Assembly: GCF_910578695.1 (NCBI RefSeq)
Contig: NZ_CAJTQJ010000007.1
Location: 14,597-78,596 of the forward strand
Reading direction: 5' to 3'
Origin: an uncultured Brachyspira sp.
GTDB taxonomy: Bacteria; Spirochaetota; Brachyspiria; Brachyspirales; Brachyspiraceae
Length of the DNA: 64,000 nt
In this document: positions 12,251-23,614 of the stretch, in pieces
Position numbering within the stretch: the stretch's first letter is position 1
How the letters are laid out: every line of letters begins with the position of its first letter
Made by a program: the position numbers and the translations under genes
Notes under the pieces: generated by a model
Told to the model about the DNA's origin: nothing
The model's input: the letters and a program-made list of their open reading frames with translations, nothing else
Database searches by the model: none

Positions 12251-15094
12251 ATGATTTTTCAAATAAACGAAGATAGATTAAAAAAAGGATTAAAGATTTA
12301 TATACCAATATCTTTTTTAATTATGGCTGCTATTTCAGTCGGATCATATTCTATGTTATTAAAAACAATTTATCAGCAGTCAAGTTCTTTAAAAATATAT
12401 GTATATTTATTTATTATTCTATTAGCTTTAGCTACAGCTTTAAGCTTATTTTTTGACTGTTTAAAAATAGAAAAAGGAAAATCTATACCATTAGGCATTA
12501 TATATGTAGTAAAATCAGGCATTGCTGTTGCTTTGGTGGCAGTTGTTTCTTATACAGTTTATATATTAGACGGAAGCATAACATTATTTGAAATACTCAA
12601 TATACGGCTTATAATGGTTATATTTTTGATTGCTATAGCTATGTCTGTTTCCTCTATATGCTTTAATATTTTGGTAAGACCTTTGTATAAAAAGACAGCT
12701 AAAAGAGAATATTATCTGCCTATGATATATAATTTTCTGCCTATATGTATGGCTACAACTATATTTATTATTACTTTAATTAATGGTATGCATTATAGAT
12801 CTGAGATTATTTATAACAGAGAATATAATACGATGCTGAAAAAAGGCTATGCGGATAATTTTGTTATTAATGTATCTGATGCTATTCAAAATTATGTAAA
12901 TATGTCTGAAAATTTACTGACATATATGAGAGTTTTATCAAGAAATAATTATACTTTGGATAATTATGTTAATGTTTTATCCTCTTTTTTAAGTACAAAA
13001 TATGCTAATGATTATAATATATCATCTTTTTCTATATTTTTTAATGATATTGAAAATATTAATATCAATATTAATGATGCAAGGGCAGATAATATATTTA
13101 TAAACTGGCGGTATTATGTAAATAATTTGGCTACAATAAGTACAAATTTCAGGCTGAATATTTCAGACAATATTTTATCTAAACTTTTTAATGATACTAA
13201 TTTTTTAATAAGCATAGAACAGAACTCAGAATCTTTTTATATTTATAATCCTATCGTACTTAATAATACCAATGTAGGTTTTATTACTTTAGAAGTAAAA
13301 AGCTCTGTTTACCGTGATTTCTTAATGGATACTTCTTTAAAAGAAAATTTAGATATTTTTATAGCCGATGATCTTTATGTTATAAAAGATTCTAATAATC
13401 CAGGATTAATAGGTTCTGTACAAAAAGATTTGGATAATCCTATTATCGGAGGAGAGATAAAAGATATTGCCAATAATAATACTAAAATTAGTAAAGCAAA
13501 AGCTCTTAATATAAGGAATTCTGATAGATTTTTTATAAAATATTCGCTATTTAATAATTTAAATATCATAAGTATTTGGGAGCTTGAGAATGTTTATGAA
13601 AATCCATTATTTAGAAGCACTATAATAAAAAATTCTATAATTATATATTTAGGCTTATTATTATTTTTAATAGTTATATTAGCTTTAATATTTTCATTAA
13701 GAAAAACTTTGGTATTAGCTAAAAATATTTCTGAGTCTTTGAGTGAAGGCGAAGGAGATTTAACTATAAGGCTTCCTGTTGTTAATAATAATGAATCAGG
13801 CGAACTTGTACATTCTTTCAATAAGTTTTTAGAAAAAGTTAAGAATATTATAGTAAGCGTAAAAAATAATGCTTATACTTTGACTGGAAATATTCAAAAT
13901 ATGAGGGCTTCTATCAGCATAAGTATAAGTGATTTTAATACTATATATAAAGAGTTTGAAACAGAATTATCAAATTCAGCAAAAATAGCGGAATCTTCAG
14001 CCAATGCTGCCAGAGTAAGCTTTATGCAGAGAACTAGATTTACAGCAGTTAATGAAACAGTTCAGCTATTATTAGAAAATATCAATGATATTAATAATAA
14101 GATGAAGCAGCAGTCAGAAGCTGTAGCCAAAACCAGCAGTTCAGTACAGCAGATGATGGCTAATATTGTAACAGTGAGTCATGGGGCAACTAAAGCTAAT
14201 GACTATGCTAAAATACTTTATACAGAAGCACAAGACGGAAGTAATATAGGAGAATCTGTTGTTGACTCTATTCAAAGTATTAAGGAGTATTCTAAACAGA
14301 TAACAAATATTACTCAGGTAATACATAATATAGCAGAACAGACAAACCTTTTGGCTATGAATGCTGCAATAGAGGCTGCTCATGCAGGAGAGCATGGACG
14401 AGGTTTTACGGTTGTAGCGGATAAAATTAGAAAATTAGCAGAGGATACAGGCGAAAACTCTAAGATAATCAATGAAATAATTGAAGAAACTACTCAGGCA
14501 ATAGATCATACTGTATCTTTAGCTTTTAAAAGTTCTGAGTCTATGGAGAAGATATTAGAGGGTTCCAATACTCTTGCAGATTTGATAGCAACTATATCGG
14601 GAGCTAATGATGAGCTTGATATAGGCAGAAGAGAAATATTAATGAATATAAGCAATTTAAATAATATTACTGAAGATGTACAGGAGCTTTCATTAAAGCA
14701 AATGCAGATGAGTTCTGCTGTAAGCAATAATATTTCAAGTGTAGATAAATTAGCTGAAGATGTAGTTAATGTAGTTAATGCTACAGAAACAGAGATGAAA
14801 GAACTTGTAAATTCAATAGAAAATGTTTCTAATCTTTCTAATACCAGCAGCAGTAATATGGAAACTATGGATAAAAGGATTAAGGAGCTTCAATATATAT
14901 TTTTGCAGCTGTATAAATTAGTTATTTCTTTTAAGACAGAAAAAACTGATGATGATATTGCTAAAGAAAATACTAAAAAAACTTTAGTAGACAGAAAAAG
15001 ATTAAGGTTAGAACGCAAAGCAGAGAAAGAGAGATTAAGAGAAGAAAAGATGAGATTAAAAGAATTAAAGAAAGAAAGCAGTAAAAACAAATAA
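12251..15094 (+). CDS. Methyl-accepting chemotaxis protein with a multi-TM N-terminus, a large extracytoplasmic domain, HAMP and an MCP signalling domain
   Basis: The conserved MCP hairpin core is [43 protein letters not shown]-like segment ([31 protein letters not shown]) follows a TM helix. The ORF track starts at GTG 12242; I prefer ATG 12251, which lies 6 nt after AGGTG. Confidence 0.88.
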   Translation: MIFQINEDRLKKGLKIYIPISFLIMAAISVGSYSMLLKTIYQQSSSLKIYVYLFIILLALATALSLFFDCLKIEKGKSIPLGIIYVVKSGIAVALVAVVSYTVYILDGSITLFEILNIRLIMVIFLIAIAMSVSSICFNILVRPLYKKTAKREYYLPMIYNFLPICMATTIFIITLINGMHYRSEIIYNREYNTMLKKGYADNFVINVSDAIQNYVNMSENLLTYMRVLSRNNYTLDNYVNVLSSFLSTKYANDYNISSFSIFFNDIENINININDARADNIFINWRYYVNNLATISTNFRLNISDNILSKLFNDTNFLISIEQNSESFYIYNPIVLNNTNVGFITLEVKSSVYRDFLMDTSLKENLDIFIADDLYVIKDSNNPGLIGSVQKDLDNPIIGGEIKDIANNNTKISKAKALNIRNSDRFFIKYSLFNNLNIISIWELENVYENPLFRSTIIKNSIIIYLGLLLFLIVILALIFSLRKTLVLAKNISESLSEGEGDLTIRLPVVNNNESGELVHSFNKFLEKVKNIIVSVKNNAYTLTGNIQNMRASISISISDFNTIYKEFETELSNSAKIAESSANAARVSFMQRTRFTAVNETVQLLLENINDINNKMKQQSEAVAKTSSSVQQMMANIVTVSHGATKANDYAKILYTEAQDGSNIGESVVDSIQSIKEYSKQITNITQVIHNIAEQTNLLAMNAAIEAAHAGEHGRGFTVVADKIRKLAEDTGENSKIINEIIEETTQAIDHTVSLAFKSSESMEKILEGSNTLADLIATISGANDELDIGRREILMNISNLNNITEDVQELSLKQMQMSSAVSNNISSVDKLAEDVVNVVNATETEMKELVNSIENVSNLSNTSSSNMETMDKRIKELQYIFLQLYKLVISFKTEKTDDDIAKENTKKTLVDRKRLRLERKAEKERLREEKMRLKELKKESSKNK

Positions 15095-15112
15095 TATTTA
15101 TTTTTATAGTTT

Positions 15113-16321
15113 ATGAAAAAAGTTGTCATTTTTATTATATTTCAGCTATTACTCTTTAATATAGTATATTCTGAAATAAGTCATAAATTCTATTGGAATT
15201 TAGAAAAAGGAAAGAGAATAGAATCTGTAAAAACTGCTGATATTGAATATTATGAAAATGGAATACTTCAAACTACATATAAAGAAAGAAATATAGTTGA
15301 TTTAACAGTAATTGCTATTGCACCTAAAGGCGGATACAGAGTAAGCGGAGTATTTAAAATTTTTAGAATGATGAAAGGAGAGAATGTTTTTCATCTTGAC
15401 GAAGAGCATACAAGCGACTTTATAATTCATACTAATGGAAAATTTGAAGTGCCTTATAATTATTTTATGCCCAATGTGAGACATATTCCGACTTTTCCAG
15501 ATAATGAAGTTAAACTCACAGAATCTTGGAATAGGGAATCTATAGAAATTATAAGAGTAAATAATGCTCCTAATCTTACTATGGCACTTTCTTCAGATTA
15601 TTTATTTGCTGATGTAGAAACTAATGATAATGGAAATAGAAATGCTGTTATACAGTATCATATTATGACAGATAAAGATTTGCTTCAGGCAGGTCTTTCA
15701 AAAAAAGGATATCCTGAAAGAATATACGGTTTTAATTATGGTACTTTTCTTTGGGATATGGAAAAAAATATTCCCGTATCTCAGCAGGAAAGATATCAAA
15801 TATTATTCGGATATGGTAAAGAATTATCCTATGCCAGTCTTCAGTATAAAATGAATATTATAAGCACATATAAAATATATGATGCTATCACAAAAGAAGA
15901 AGAGGATTATAATAGAAAAATACTTGAAGATAATCTTTATAATGATGATAATGTTACTATAGATACAGTACCTGAAGGCTTAGCATTAAGACTTGGTGAG
16001 ATTCTTTTTGATACAGATTCATATACTTTAAAGCCTAATGCTAAAAATACTATAGATAATATTATTAAAGCTATAAAAGAAACCTATCCTGACAGAGAAA
16101 TTATAGTAGAAGGTCATACAGATAATACAGGAAGAAAAGAGTATAATCAGGAATTATCTGAAAAAAGAGCAAAGTCTGTAGCTGATTATATACTGCCTAA
16201 TCTTGATCATGATAAATTATCTTATAAAGGGCTTGCTGATGATGAGCCTATAGCTTCTAATGATAATGCCGACGGAAGAAAAAAGAATAGAAGAGTTGAT
16301 ATTATAATCAAATTGAGATGA
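15113..16321 (+). CDS. OmpA-family (peptidoglycan-associating) protein with a signal peptide
   Basis: An N-terminal signal peptide (MKKVVIFIIFQLLLFNIVYS) is present. The C-terminal OmpA-like domain reads LFDTDSYTLKPNAKNTIDNI...IIVEGHTDNTGRKEYNQELSEKRAKSVADYI...NRRVDIII. Confidence 0.85.
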   Translation: MKKVVIFIIFQLLLFNIVYSEISHKFYWNLEKGKRIESVKTADIEYYENGILQTTYKERNIVDLTVIAIAPKGGYRVSGVFKIFRMMKGENVFHLDEEHTSDFIIHTNGKFEVPYNYFMPNVRHIPTFPDNEVKLTESWNRESIEIIRVNNAPNLTMALSSDYLFADVETNDNGNRNAVIQYHIMTDKDLLQAGLSKKGYPERIYGFNYGTFLWDMEKNIPVSQQERYQILFGYGKELSYASLQYKMNIISTYKIYDAITKEEEDYNRKILEDNLYNDDNVTIDTVPEGLALRLGEILFDTDSYTLKPNAKNTIDNIIKAIKETYPDREIIVEGHTDNTGRKEYNQELSEKRAKSVADYILPNLDHDKLSYKGLADDEPIASNDNADGRKKNRRVDIIIKLR

Positions 16322-16471
16322 TAATACTTTTATATAAAATTCTATAAAGCATATATTTTTTATATTAACTATGCCATTAATAAAACTATTGATAAAATAA
16401 TTTTTTGTAATATAATTAATCCTTAAAACAAATAATTCTAATAATAAAATAAATTTAAGGCAATAATAAAT

Positions 16472-18508
16472 ATGAATCAATTTATAGATGTAGTAAGCTT
16501 TGAGATAGAGGCAGGACATGGAGGGGCTGGAAGCGTAAGTTTTAGAAGAGAGGCACATGTACCTATGGGAGGACCTGACGGAGGAAATGGAGGAGACGGA
16601 GGAGATGTTATTGTAAGAGTTGATGCTAGAATAAATAGTTTCGGCAAAATAAAAAGCAGAAAAAAATTTAAAGCAAAAGACGGAGAACAAGGAAAGGCAA
16701 GACTTAGCGACGGAAAAAGGGGAGATGATGTTATTATAAGAGTTCCGATAGGTACTGTAATTTATGATGAAGATACTGATAATATATTGGCTGATTTAAT
16801 TGAAGACGGACAAAGCTATACTGCAGCAAGAGGAGGAAAAGGAGGAAAGGGAAATAAATTCTATGCTACAGCTGTTAATCAGGCACCAGATTATGCACAG
16901 CATGGACTTGAAGGCGAAAAATTAAATATAAGGCTTGAGGTTAAGCTTATAGCAGATATAGGGCTTGTAGGTATGCCTAATGCAGGAAAGTCAAGTTTGC
17001 TTGCAAGACTTACAAGAGCTAATCCTAAAATAGCATCATATCCTTTTACTACTCTTACCCCGAATTTAGGCGTTTGCTATTTGGATTATGAGAGAAGTTT
17101 TGTTATTGCTGATATTCCCGGTATTATTGAAGGAGCAAGCAATGGAGCTGGGCTTGGACTTACTTTTTTAAGGCATATTGAAAGAACAGGGGCTTTATGT
17201 TTTGTTATAGATTTAACTGATGAAGATGCAGCTGATACTTATAAAAAACTTAGAAATGAATTAAAACAGTATAGTAAAGAATTAATAAAGAAAAAGTCTA
17301 TTATAGTATTAAATAAAACTGATATGCTTGAAGAAGATGAAATAAAAGAAAAACTAAAAAAAATAGAAAAAGCTGTAAAAAAAGAATATAAAAATAATAA
17401 AGAATCTCATTATGAAGAGCCTGAAATATTTGCTTTATCTGTATTCAGCTTGGACGGAGAACTGCTTGATAAAGTGACAAATGCATTTTATAAGGCAAAT
17501 GAGGAAAGATATGATAATACTGTAAAGCATACAAAAGAACCTTTGCTGCTTAATCAAAATAAATCTAAATTAAAAACTAAAAGGGTGTTCGGTCCTGTTA
17601 TTTCAAAAAGGCTTGGAAACTCTTTAGGTATAGATGTGATACCGCATAAAACATGCTCTTATAACTGCATATATTGTCAATTAGGTTCAGAGGAAAATAC
17701 AAAAACTAATCTTGCGGATTATTATTCTGCTGATGAGATAATATATGAATTGAAAGAGGCTTTGCTTAATAATAAAAATATTGATTATATAACATTCGCA
17801 GGCTCAGGAGAACCTACTTTATATAAAAATTTAAAAAAACTTATTTATGAAATAAAGCAGATAACTGATATACCAGTATGCATAATAACAAATGGTTCTT
17901 TACTCTATAAACAGGAAATGCGTTCAAATTTGCTTATGGCGGATTTGGTAATACCCTCTCTTGATGCAGGAAATATTGATACTTTTAAACTTATAGATCA
18001 GCCTGACAAAGAAATAGATTTTGACAGTATGGTTAATGGGCTTATAGAGTTTAGAAGGGTTTTTAAAGGCGAATATTGGCTTGAAATATTTTTACTAAAA
18101 GGAATTAATGACAGCGAAGAAGAGCTTGATGATATAATAAAAATAGCCAAACAGATAAAACCCGATATGATACAGCTTGTTACAGCTACAAGAAGAACCT
18201 CTGATAATAAGGCTTTAGCATTAAATGATGAAGAAATGAAAAAAGCTAAAAAATATTTTGAGTTAAAATGCAGCATTAAAATAGATATTCCTAGCGTATC
18301 TGAAAATGCTAAAGGAAATACAAAAAAAATAACTGAAGAAGATATAATAAATTTTTTGATAAGACAGCCTGATACAATTCGTATGATATCAATTAGTTTT
18401 AATGAAGATGAAAGAAGAGTAAATGAATTATTAAAAAAATTAGTTGAAAGCGGAAAATTGAGAGAAGAGGTAGTTAATGGAGTATTATCTTATGCTGTTA
18501 ATATTTAA
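16472..18508 (+). CDS. obg: Obg/CgtA GTPase fused to a C-terminal radical-SAM domain
   Basis: The Obg fold is FIDVVSFEIEAGHGGAGSVSFRREAHVPMGGPDGGNGGDGGDVIV. G motifs are GMPNAGKSSLL, DIPGIIEGA and NKTD. From about aa 372 (nt 17585) comes GPVISKRLGNSLGIDVIPHKTCSYNCIYCQLG (CxxxCxxC) and then FAGSGEPTL. The frame is uninterrupted throughout. Confidence 0.85.
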   Translation: MNQFIDVVSFEIEAGHGGAGSVSFRREAHVPMGGPDGGNGGDGGDVIVRVDARINSFGKIKSRKKFKAKDGEQGKARLSDGKRGDDVIIRVPIGTVIYDEDTDNILADLIEDGQSYTAARGGKGGKGNKFYATAVNQAPDYAQHGLEGEKLNIRLEVKLIADIGLVGMPNAGKSSLLARLTRANPKIASYPFTTLTPNLGVCYLDYERSFVIADIPGIIEGASNGAGLGLTFLRHIERTGALCFVIDLTDEDAADTYKKLRNELKQYSKELIKKKSIIVLNKTDMLEEDEIKEKLKKIEKAVKKEYKNNKESHYEEPEIFALSVFSLDGELLDKVTNAFYKANEERYDNTVKHTKEPLLLNQNKSKLKTKRVFGPVISKRLGNSLGIDVIPHKTCSYNCIYCQLGSEENTKTNLADYYSADEIIYELKEALLNNKNIDYITFAGSGEPTLYKNLKKLIYEIKQITDIPVCIITNGSLLYKQEMRSNLLMADLVIPSLDAGNIDTFKLIDQPDKEIDFDSMVNGLIEFRRVFKGEYWLEIFLLKGINDSEEELDDIIKIAKQIKPDMIQLVTATRRTSDNKALALNDEEMKKAKKYFELKCSIKIDIPSVSENAKGNTKKITEEDIINFLIRQPDTIRMISISFNEDERRVNELLKKLVESGKLREEVVNGVLSYAVNI

Positions 18509-18670
18509 AAAAAAATTAATTAAGCTATGATATTATGTTTAAGGTTTTTGTATATTTAAAAAAATTGTATATAATAAAAAAGAGTGATAACACTATATAT
18601 AAGTTATTAGTATTTATGAAATAAAAAAATTAATAATAGAAAATAAAAAATTAATAATAGGATAAATATT

Positions 18671-19228
18671 ATGTCAAATAAAATTGCTGTTCTTTATAAA
18701 AGTAAATACGGTGCTGCAAGAACCTATGCTAAATGGATAGCTGATAAACTTCACGGGGATCTTTATGGTATTGATAATGTATCTTTTCAGAATTTAGATA
18801 CTTATGATTTTATTGTTTTTGCGGGTGCTTTGTATGCAGGAAAACTCTCATCTGTTAAAGGAATTAAAAAATTTTATAATAAATTAAAAGGCAGAAAGAA
18901 TCTGTATTGTGTTGTAGTGGGTATTACCAATCCTGAACATAAAGAGATTTATGATAATGCTGTTAATCAAAATTTCAAATCTGATGAAAAAGATAATATG
19001 AAATTTTATTTTTTAAGAGGAAGTATAGATTTTGATAAATTAAAACTTCATCATGCATTAATGATGTATATGCTAAGCAGAATAATATCTAAAAAAGCAG
19101 TAAAAACAGAAGATGAAAAAATATTATTAGAAAATTACGGCAAAAAAATAGATTTTCTTAATAAGAGTTCTGTAGAAGAAATAGTGCTTGATATAAAAAA
19201 TAAAATTAAAGAAAAAAATAATTCATAA
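18671..19228 (+). CDS. Flavodoxin-domain protein (Flavodoxin_5/HemG-like family)
   Basis: The N-terminus IAVLYKSKYGAARTYAKWIADKL, the segment DFIVFAGALYAGKL and a size of about 185 aa are typical of this family. Confidence 0.6.
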   Translation: MSNKIAVLYKSKYGAARTYAKWIADKLHGDLYGIDNVSFQNLDTYDFIVFAGALYAGKLSSVKGIKKFYNKLKGRKNLYCVVVGITNPEHKEIYDNAVNQNFKSDEKDNMKFYFLRGSIDFDKLKLHHALMMYMLSRIISKKAVKTEDEKILLENYGKKIDFLNKSSVEEIVLDIKNKIKEKNNS

Positions 19229-19342
19229 TTTTTAAATGCTTAAAAATATAATTATATAATCTATCATGAGACTTTAGAATACAGCTTCTGATAAAAAAAA
19301 TCTTTATTTAAAACAATACTAAAAAATATGTATTAATAAAAC

Positions 19343-20284
19343 TTAATTGATTTTTTTATTTTTATTGTTTTTTATTTTTTCTGATATTTTATCGCCTATA
19401 CTGCTGTATATTATTCCAATAAGCATTAATATTCCTCCCAATACCTGAAACAATAATAATTTTTCATTTAATAATATAACCGCTTGTAAAGATGAAAAAA
19501 ATGGTACGGAATCATATATTATAGAACCTTTTATAGCTCCTATTTTAGAAACGGCTATATTCCATAATATAAATCCTAATGCAGACGGAAATATTCCTAT
19601 ATATACAAGTATTAAAGCAGATGAAGTATTCAAAGTATTTACATTATTTAATATATACATAAATATCATCACTGTCATTAATGGTATAAATCCTATAATA
19701 ACCATAATATAAAAGAAAATATGATGAGGTATTTCTTTGGGCTTTATTCGTAGAATTAATGTATATACAGAAAATATTATAACACCGAAAAGCATATAAA
19801 TATCTCCTACAGTAAACTGCATTTTCATTAGAACTTCTATGCTTCCTTTAGTTATTAAAATTACAACCCCTATTATAACCAATAATAAGCCTATTTTCTG
19901 ATATATAGTTAATTTAGTTTTCCATACTACTCTGCTTATCAATGCTGTTACAACAGGTGATAAAGATGCAAGCAAAGACATATTTACAGCATTACTTGTA
20001 TGTGCTGCCATATATACAAATGTATTAAATAAAGTTACGCTAAGTATTGACATTATTATTATTTTTATACGCATTCCCTTTATATATTTTATATTTTCAG
20101 GAAGTTTTTTTATACAAAATGGGGTTAATACTATTAGCGTAACAAGCCATCTATAAAATGAGATTTCTATAGGCATTAAATTTGTAAGATATTTTGCAGC
20201 TATAAAGTTGGTGCTCCATATAATAACTGCTAATATGGCAAATAAATAACCTAAATTATTATTTGATTTATTATTATCTGACAT
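19343..20284 (-). CDS. EamA/DMT-family transporter
   Basis: There are about ten hydrophobic helices arranged as two similar halves. The N-terminal pattern (LGYLFAILAVIIWSTNFIAAKYL) is typical of EamA domains. Confidence 0.75.
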   Translation of the reverse strand: MSDNNKSNNNLGYLFAILAVIIWSTNFIAAKYLTNLMPIEISFYRWLVTLIVLTPFCIKKLPENIKYIKGMRIKIIIMSILSVTLFNTFVYMAAHTSNAVNMSLLASLSPVVTALISRVVWKTKLTIYQKIGLLLVIIGVVILITKGSIEVLMKMQFTVGDIYMLFGVIIFSVYTLILRIKPKEIPHHIFFYIMVIIGFIPLMTVMIFMYILNNVNTLNTSSALILVYIGIFPSALGFILWNIAVSKIGAIKGSIIYDSVPFFSSLQAVILLNEKLLLFQVLGGILMLIGIIYSSIGDKISEKIKNNKNKKIN

Positions 20285-20627
20285 AAAAAGTCCGTAAATT
20301 AAAAAAATTAATCAGTGTATTATACTATTATAAAATTATTTTTTTGCAATTATTTTTTACTATATAATATATTATCAAATGCCTTCAAACTTTAATAAAT
20401 GCATTATCATATTAGAGTTTATTAAAAAAAGAAAATATAATTTAATATGTTTATTTTGTATATAGTTTTATAATAATTAAAAAAAACATATATTTAAAAA
20501 TTTTATATTTTAGAGCATATAATTATTATAGACTAATATTATTATAAATATTGTTTCTTTAATAATATATAATAAAAATAATATATACTATGCATTAATA
20601 ATATAATATGCCTTATTAAAATATTAA

Positions 20628-21398
20628 TTATAATTTATCAACATTTATTTCTTTAACAGAATTAAATACATAATTAGGGCGGTATGGAAATTCTTCTATC
20701 ATATCTTTAGTGGTAACCCCTGAAAGTACAAGAGCTGTTTTCATACCTGCACCAAGTCCTCCTAATATATCAGTATCCATTCTGTCGCCTACCATTAATG
20801 TATTTTCACTATGAGCATTAATTTGATTTTTTGCTATTGACATCATAATAGGATTAGGCTTTCCTACTATATACGGTTTTTTACCTGTTGCATATTCTAT
20901 AGCAGCAAGTATAGGACCTACTGCAGGCACCAATTCGCCATTGGGAGCAGGATCTACTATATCAGGATTGCATCCTATAAATCTTGCCCCTTTATTAATA
21001 AGATGAATAGCTTTTTGAAGCATATCAAAATTAAATGCATTAGTTTTTCCAACTACAACATAATCAGGATTAACATCATTGATACTATATCCTACATTAT
21101 ATAATTCGCTTACAAGTCCGCCTGTGCCTATAACATAAGCTGTTCCGTTTGCAAGCTGTCTTTGTAAGAATATAGCAGTTGCTTGTGCTGCTGTGAAAAA
21201 ATGTTTTTCTTGTAAGCCATTAACTCCTAATGATTCTAATTTTCTTTTTAAATCTATTGGAGTTTGTTCTGCATTATTAGTTAAAAATAAAAAAGGCACA
21301 TTCTTATATAAAAGCATTCTTATAAAATCTTCTGCACCATCTATTAAATTATTCCCTCTGTATATTACTCCATCCATATCTGATATTATACTAATCAT
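20628..21398 (-). CDS. HAD-IIA family hydrolase (NagD-like sugar phosphatase)
   Basis: It has the DxDG nucleophile motif (IISDMDGVIYRG), FLTNN, the GKP motif (VGKPNPIMM) and GDRMDTDILGG. Confidence 0.85.
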   Translation of the reverse strand: MISIISDMDGVIYRGNNLIDGAEDFIRMLLYKNVPFLFLTNNAEQTPIDLKRKLESLGVNGLQEKHFFTAAQATAIFLQRQLANGTAYVIGTGGLVSELYNVGYSINDVNPDYVVVGKTNAFNFDMLQKAIHLINKGARFIGCNPDIVDPAPNGELVPAVGPILAAIEYATGKKPYIVGKPNPIMMSIAKNQINAHSENTLMVGDRMDTDILGGLGAGMKTALVLSGVTTKDMIEEFPYRPNYVFNSVKEINVDKL

Positions 21399-21674
21399 TG
21401 ATTTCTCTCCATTTTTATATTAAATAAGTATAATAAAAATAGTAAAATTTTTTATAAAAAATAAAACTAAATTTTATACTATATTTTTACTGTCTAAAAT
21501 TAATATTAATTTTTAACCTATAAATTGTATAAATATAAAATAAAAAGTCAATTAGAATTTTATATTTTATTTGTATTAAATGTAGCGTAATATATAATAC
21601 TTGTAAAAAAAATTATTTTATTTATAATATACAGCAAGTAAACATATTTTATTAGTATAGATTATGGGAGTATT

Positions 21675-23612
21675 ATGTTAAAAAAAGCGGTTTATATTTC
21701 TATATTATTTATTGTATTAATTTGTTCAAGCTGCAGTAAAAATGAATCATCAAATAATGATTTAAATATCAATAATGATTATAACATAAATATTCAAAAT
21801 GAAGATAATGTTTCATTTGATATGAAATATGTATATAAATCTGTAAGAGTTGATAAAATTAATTTCAGCAATGCTTTGATTAGTTATTATCATGATATAA
21901 ATTACAGCAATATAATAAATAGAAACAAAGATTTTCTTAATAAAAAACTTGTAGGAGATAATGATATAAAAAAATATGCTGTGGATTATATATCTAATAC
22001 ATATCATAATCCTTATAATGATAGTGTATCTAAAGGAGATTTATATGACGGAGATTTGTCGCATTATTATGCTTCTGAATATAATTATGTTGAACAGAAC
22101 CTAGCATTGAAAAAAGCAAGAGAACTTCTTTTAAGTATAAATAATAAAGATGCTGATATTTATTTAGCTTTATTTTTATCATATATGGCTTCGGATTCTT
22201 TGTATAATTTTTATGAAATACAGAATTATTTGAAAGAGTGGAGAAAATTAGATTCTACTAATATTAATATGATGATAGGGATTGTAAATGAAGGCAATAA
22301 TATAAATGAAATATACTCTAATAGTATGAAGCTTATAAATTATATAATAGAAGCTCCTTCAAATTTAGGGGCAGAGCAGCTGATTGCCGATGCTTATCAG
22401 AATGGATTTTTAAAATATATATCAAAAAGTACAGGGTATTTGGATATTTATAATGAAAATAATTATAATTTATCTTCTATATTATATGACAGCGACGCTC
22501 ATAAATCTTATTTTGCTGTTATAAGGGATATAGTAAATACTAATATAATGAATAAGTATATCAGAACATACAGCAAAGAAAATTTAAGCAGAGATAAAAT
22601 GAAGCTTCCTGTATATTATCAAAATTTTTATTATATTGATAATACATATCCGAATGAAAAATATGATGAGTTTTCTGAGTTATATTTTTTAGAGTTCAAT
22701 AAAAATACATTTGTTTATTCTATTTATGAAAATAAACTTAAAGAAATATATTATTTTAATCCTTCATTTATAGAAAATACTAGATATGCTTCTTTTGAAA
22801 CAGAAGAAATATTTAATTTTCGTCTTGGAGATGATTCTAAATTAGAAAAAGCTAAAACCTCTAATGTAAAAGATATTGCTGATGATTCTCAGTTTATTTT
22901 AAATGGCAAATTTAATATGGATAAATATACATCTTATTTAAATGAAATATTATCATTTCCAATATATAAGCCTGAATTTTTCTTATGCGATATAAATAAT
23001 GACGGTAAAGATGAAATAATGCTTAGAGGAAGTTATGATAATTCAATAGGCGGCGGAGGAAAGGCATCATATACTTTGGTTTTGAAAGATAATTTAGAAT
23101 TAGATTTAGAAAGCACTATAGCCAAATCTATAAACGGAAGCAGCAAACAGGGACTTAATAATTTTCAAATACTATATTCAGAAAATGGAAAAAATAAAAT
23201 ACTTCTTGTAAATCCAATAGCAAATACTGCTCAGGATATATTTTCTGAGAATGATATTGTTAATGTTGATGAGTTTAAATATAAAAATTATACTTTCAAG
23301 CCTAAATTAATATGGAAAGGCAGTATTGTAAATGGTGTTCCGCAAGGGGCATTAAAAATGGATGCAGGTTTTGATATGAATAAAGTAAAAAGCGATTCTG
23401 ATATAGCTATAGTATCGGATAAAACTTTGAGGGCGGCAGATAAATTAATAAGCGATATATATTATAGAGATAGAGAAAAACTTAATGAAGAAGATGAAAA
23501 AGAAAAACTTTTAGAAAGTAAAAGGGCTGAAATAAAGGCTATTCAAGATGAGTACGGCGATATAGTAAATATAGAAAATGAAATGCTTAATATATTAGGT
23601 TTAGATAATTAA
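21675..23612 (+). CDS. Putative lipoprotein of unknown function (645 aa)
   Basis: The signal peptide ends in a Cys-containing motif (ISILFIVLICSSCSKNE). An internal Ca-binding/FG-GAP-like DxNxDGxDE motif (CDINNDGKDEIML) is present. I do not recognise the family. Confidence 0.55.
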   Translation: MLKKAVYISILFIVLICSSCSKNESSNNDLNINNDYNINIQNEDNVSFDMKYVYKSVRVDKINFSNALISYYHDINYSNIINRNKDFLNKKLVGDNDIKKYAVDYISNTYHNPYNDSVSKGDLYDGDLSHYYASEYNYVEQNLALKKARELLLSINNKDADIYLALFLSYMASDSLYNFYEIQNYLKEWRKLDSTNINMMIGIVNEGNNINEIYSNSMKLINYIIEAPSNLGAEQLIADAYQNGFLKYISKSTGYLDIYNENNYNLSSILYDSDAHKSYFAVIRDIVNTNIMNKYIRTYSKENLSRDKMKLPVYYQNFYYIDNTYPNEKYDEFSELYFLEFNKNTFVYSIYENKLKEIYYFNPSFIENTRYASFETEEIFNFRLGDDSKLEKAKTSNVKDIADDSQFILNGKFNMDKYTSYLNEILSFPIYKPEFFLCDINNDGKDEIMLRGSYDNSIGGGGKASYTLVLKDNLELDLESTIAKSINGSSKQGLNNFQILYSENGKNKILLVNPIANTAQDIFSENDIVNVDEFKYKNYTFKPKLIWKGSIVNGVPQGALKMDAGFDMNKVKSDSDIAIVSDKTLRAADKLISDIYYRDREKLNEEDEKEKLLESKRAEIKAIQDEYGDIVNIENEMLNILGLDN

Positions 23613-23614
23613 TA

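Noticed and set aside
16217-16690. A 157-aa minus-strand ORF spanning the end of the OmpA-family gene, the intergenic region and the start of obg.
   Set aside because: It overlaps two well-supported plus-strand genes. The composition is low-complexity I/Y/F/S-rich and there is no RBS.
20285-20627. The long AT-rich intergenic regions (20285..20627, 6881..7182, 21399..21674, 45041..45344) were examined for tRNA or sRNA genes, small ORFs and mobile-element ends.
   Set aside because: There are no GC-rich structured segments resembling tRNA or other known RNAs, no terminal inverted repeats, and no convincing RBS-preceded small ORFs. Only short low-complexity A/T repeats are present, for example ttttaaattcaytttttatata x2 near 7045..7090.
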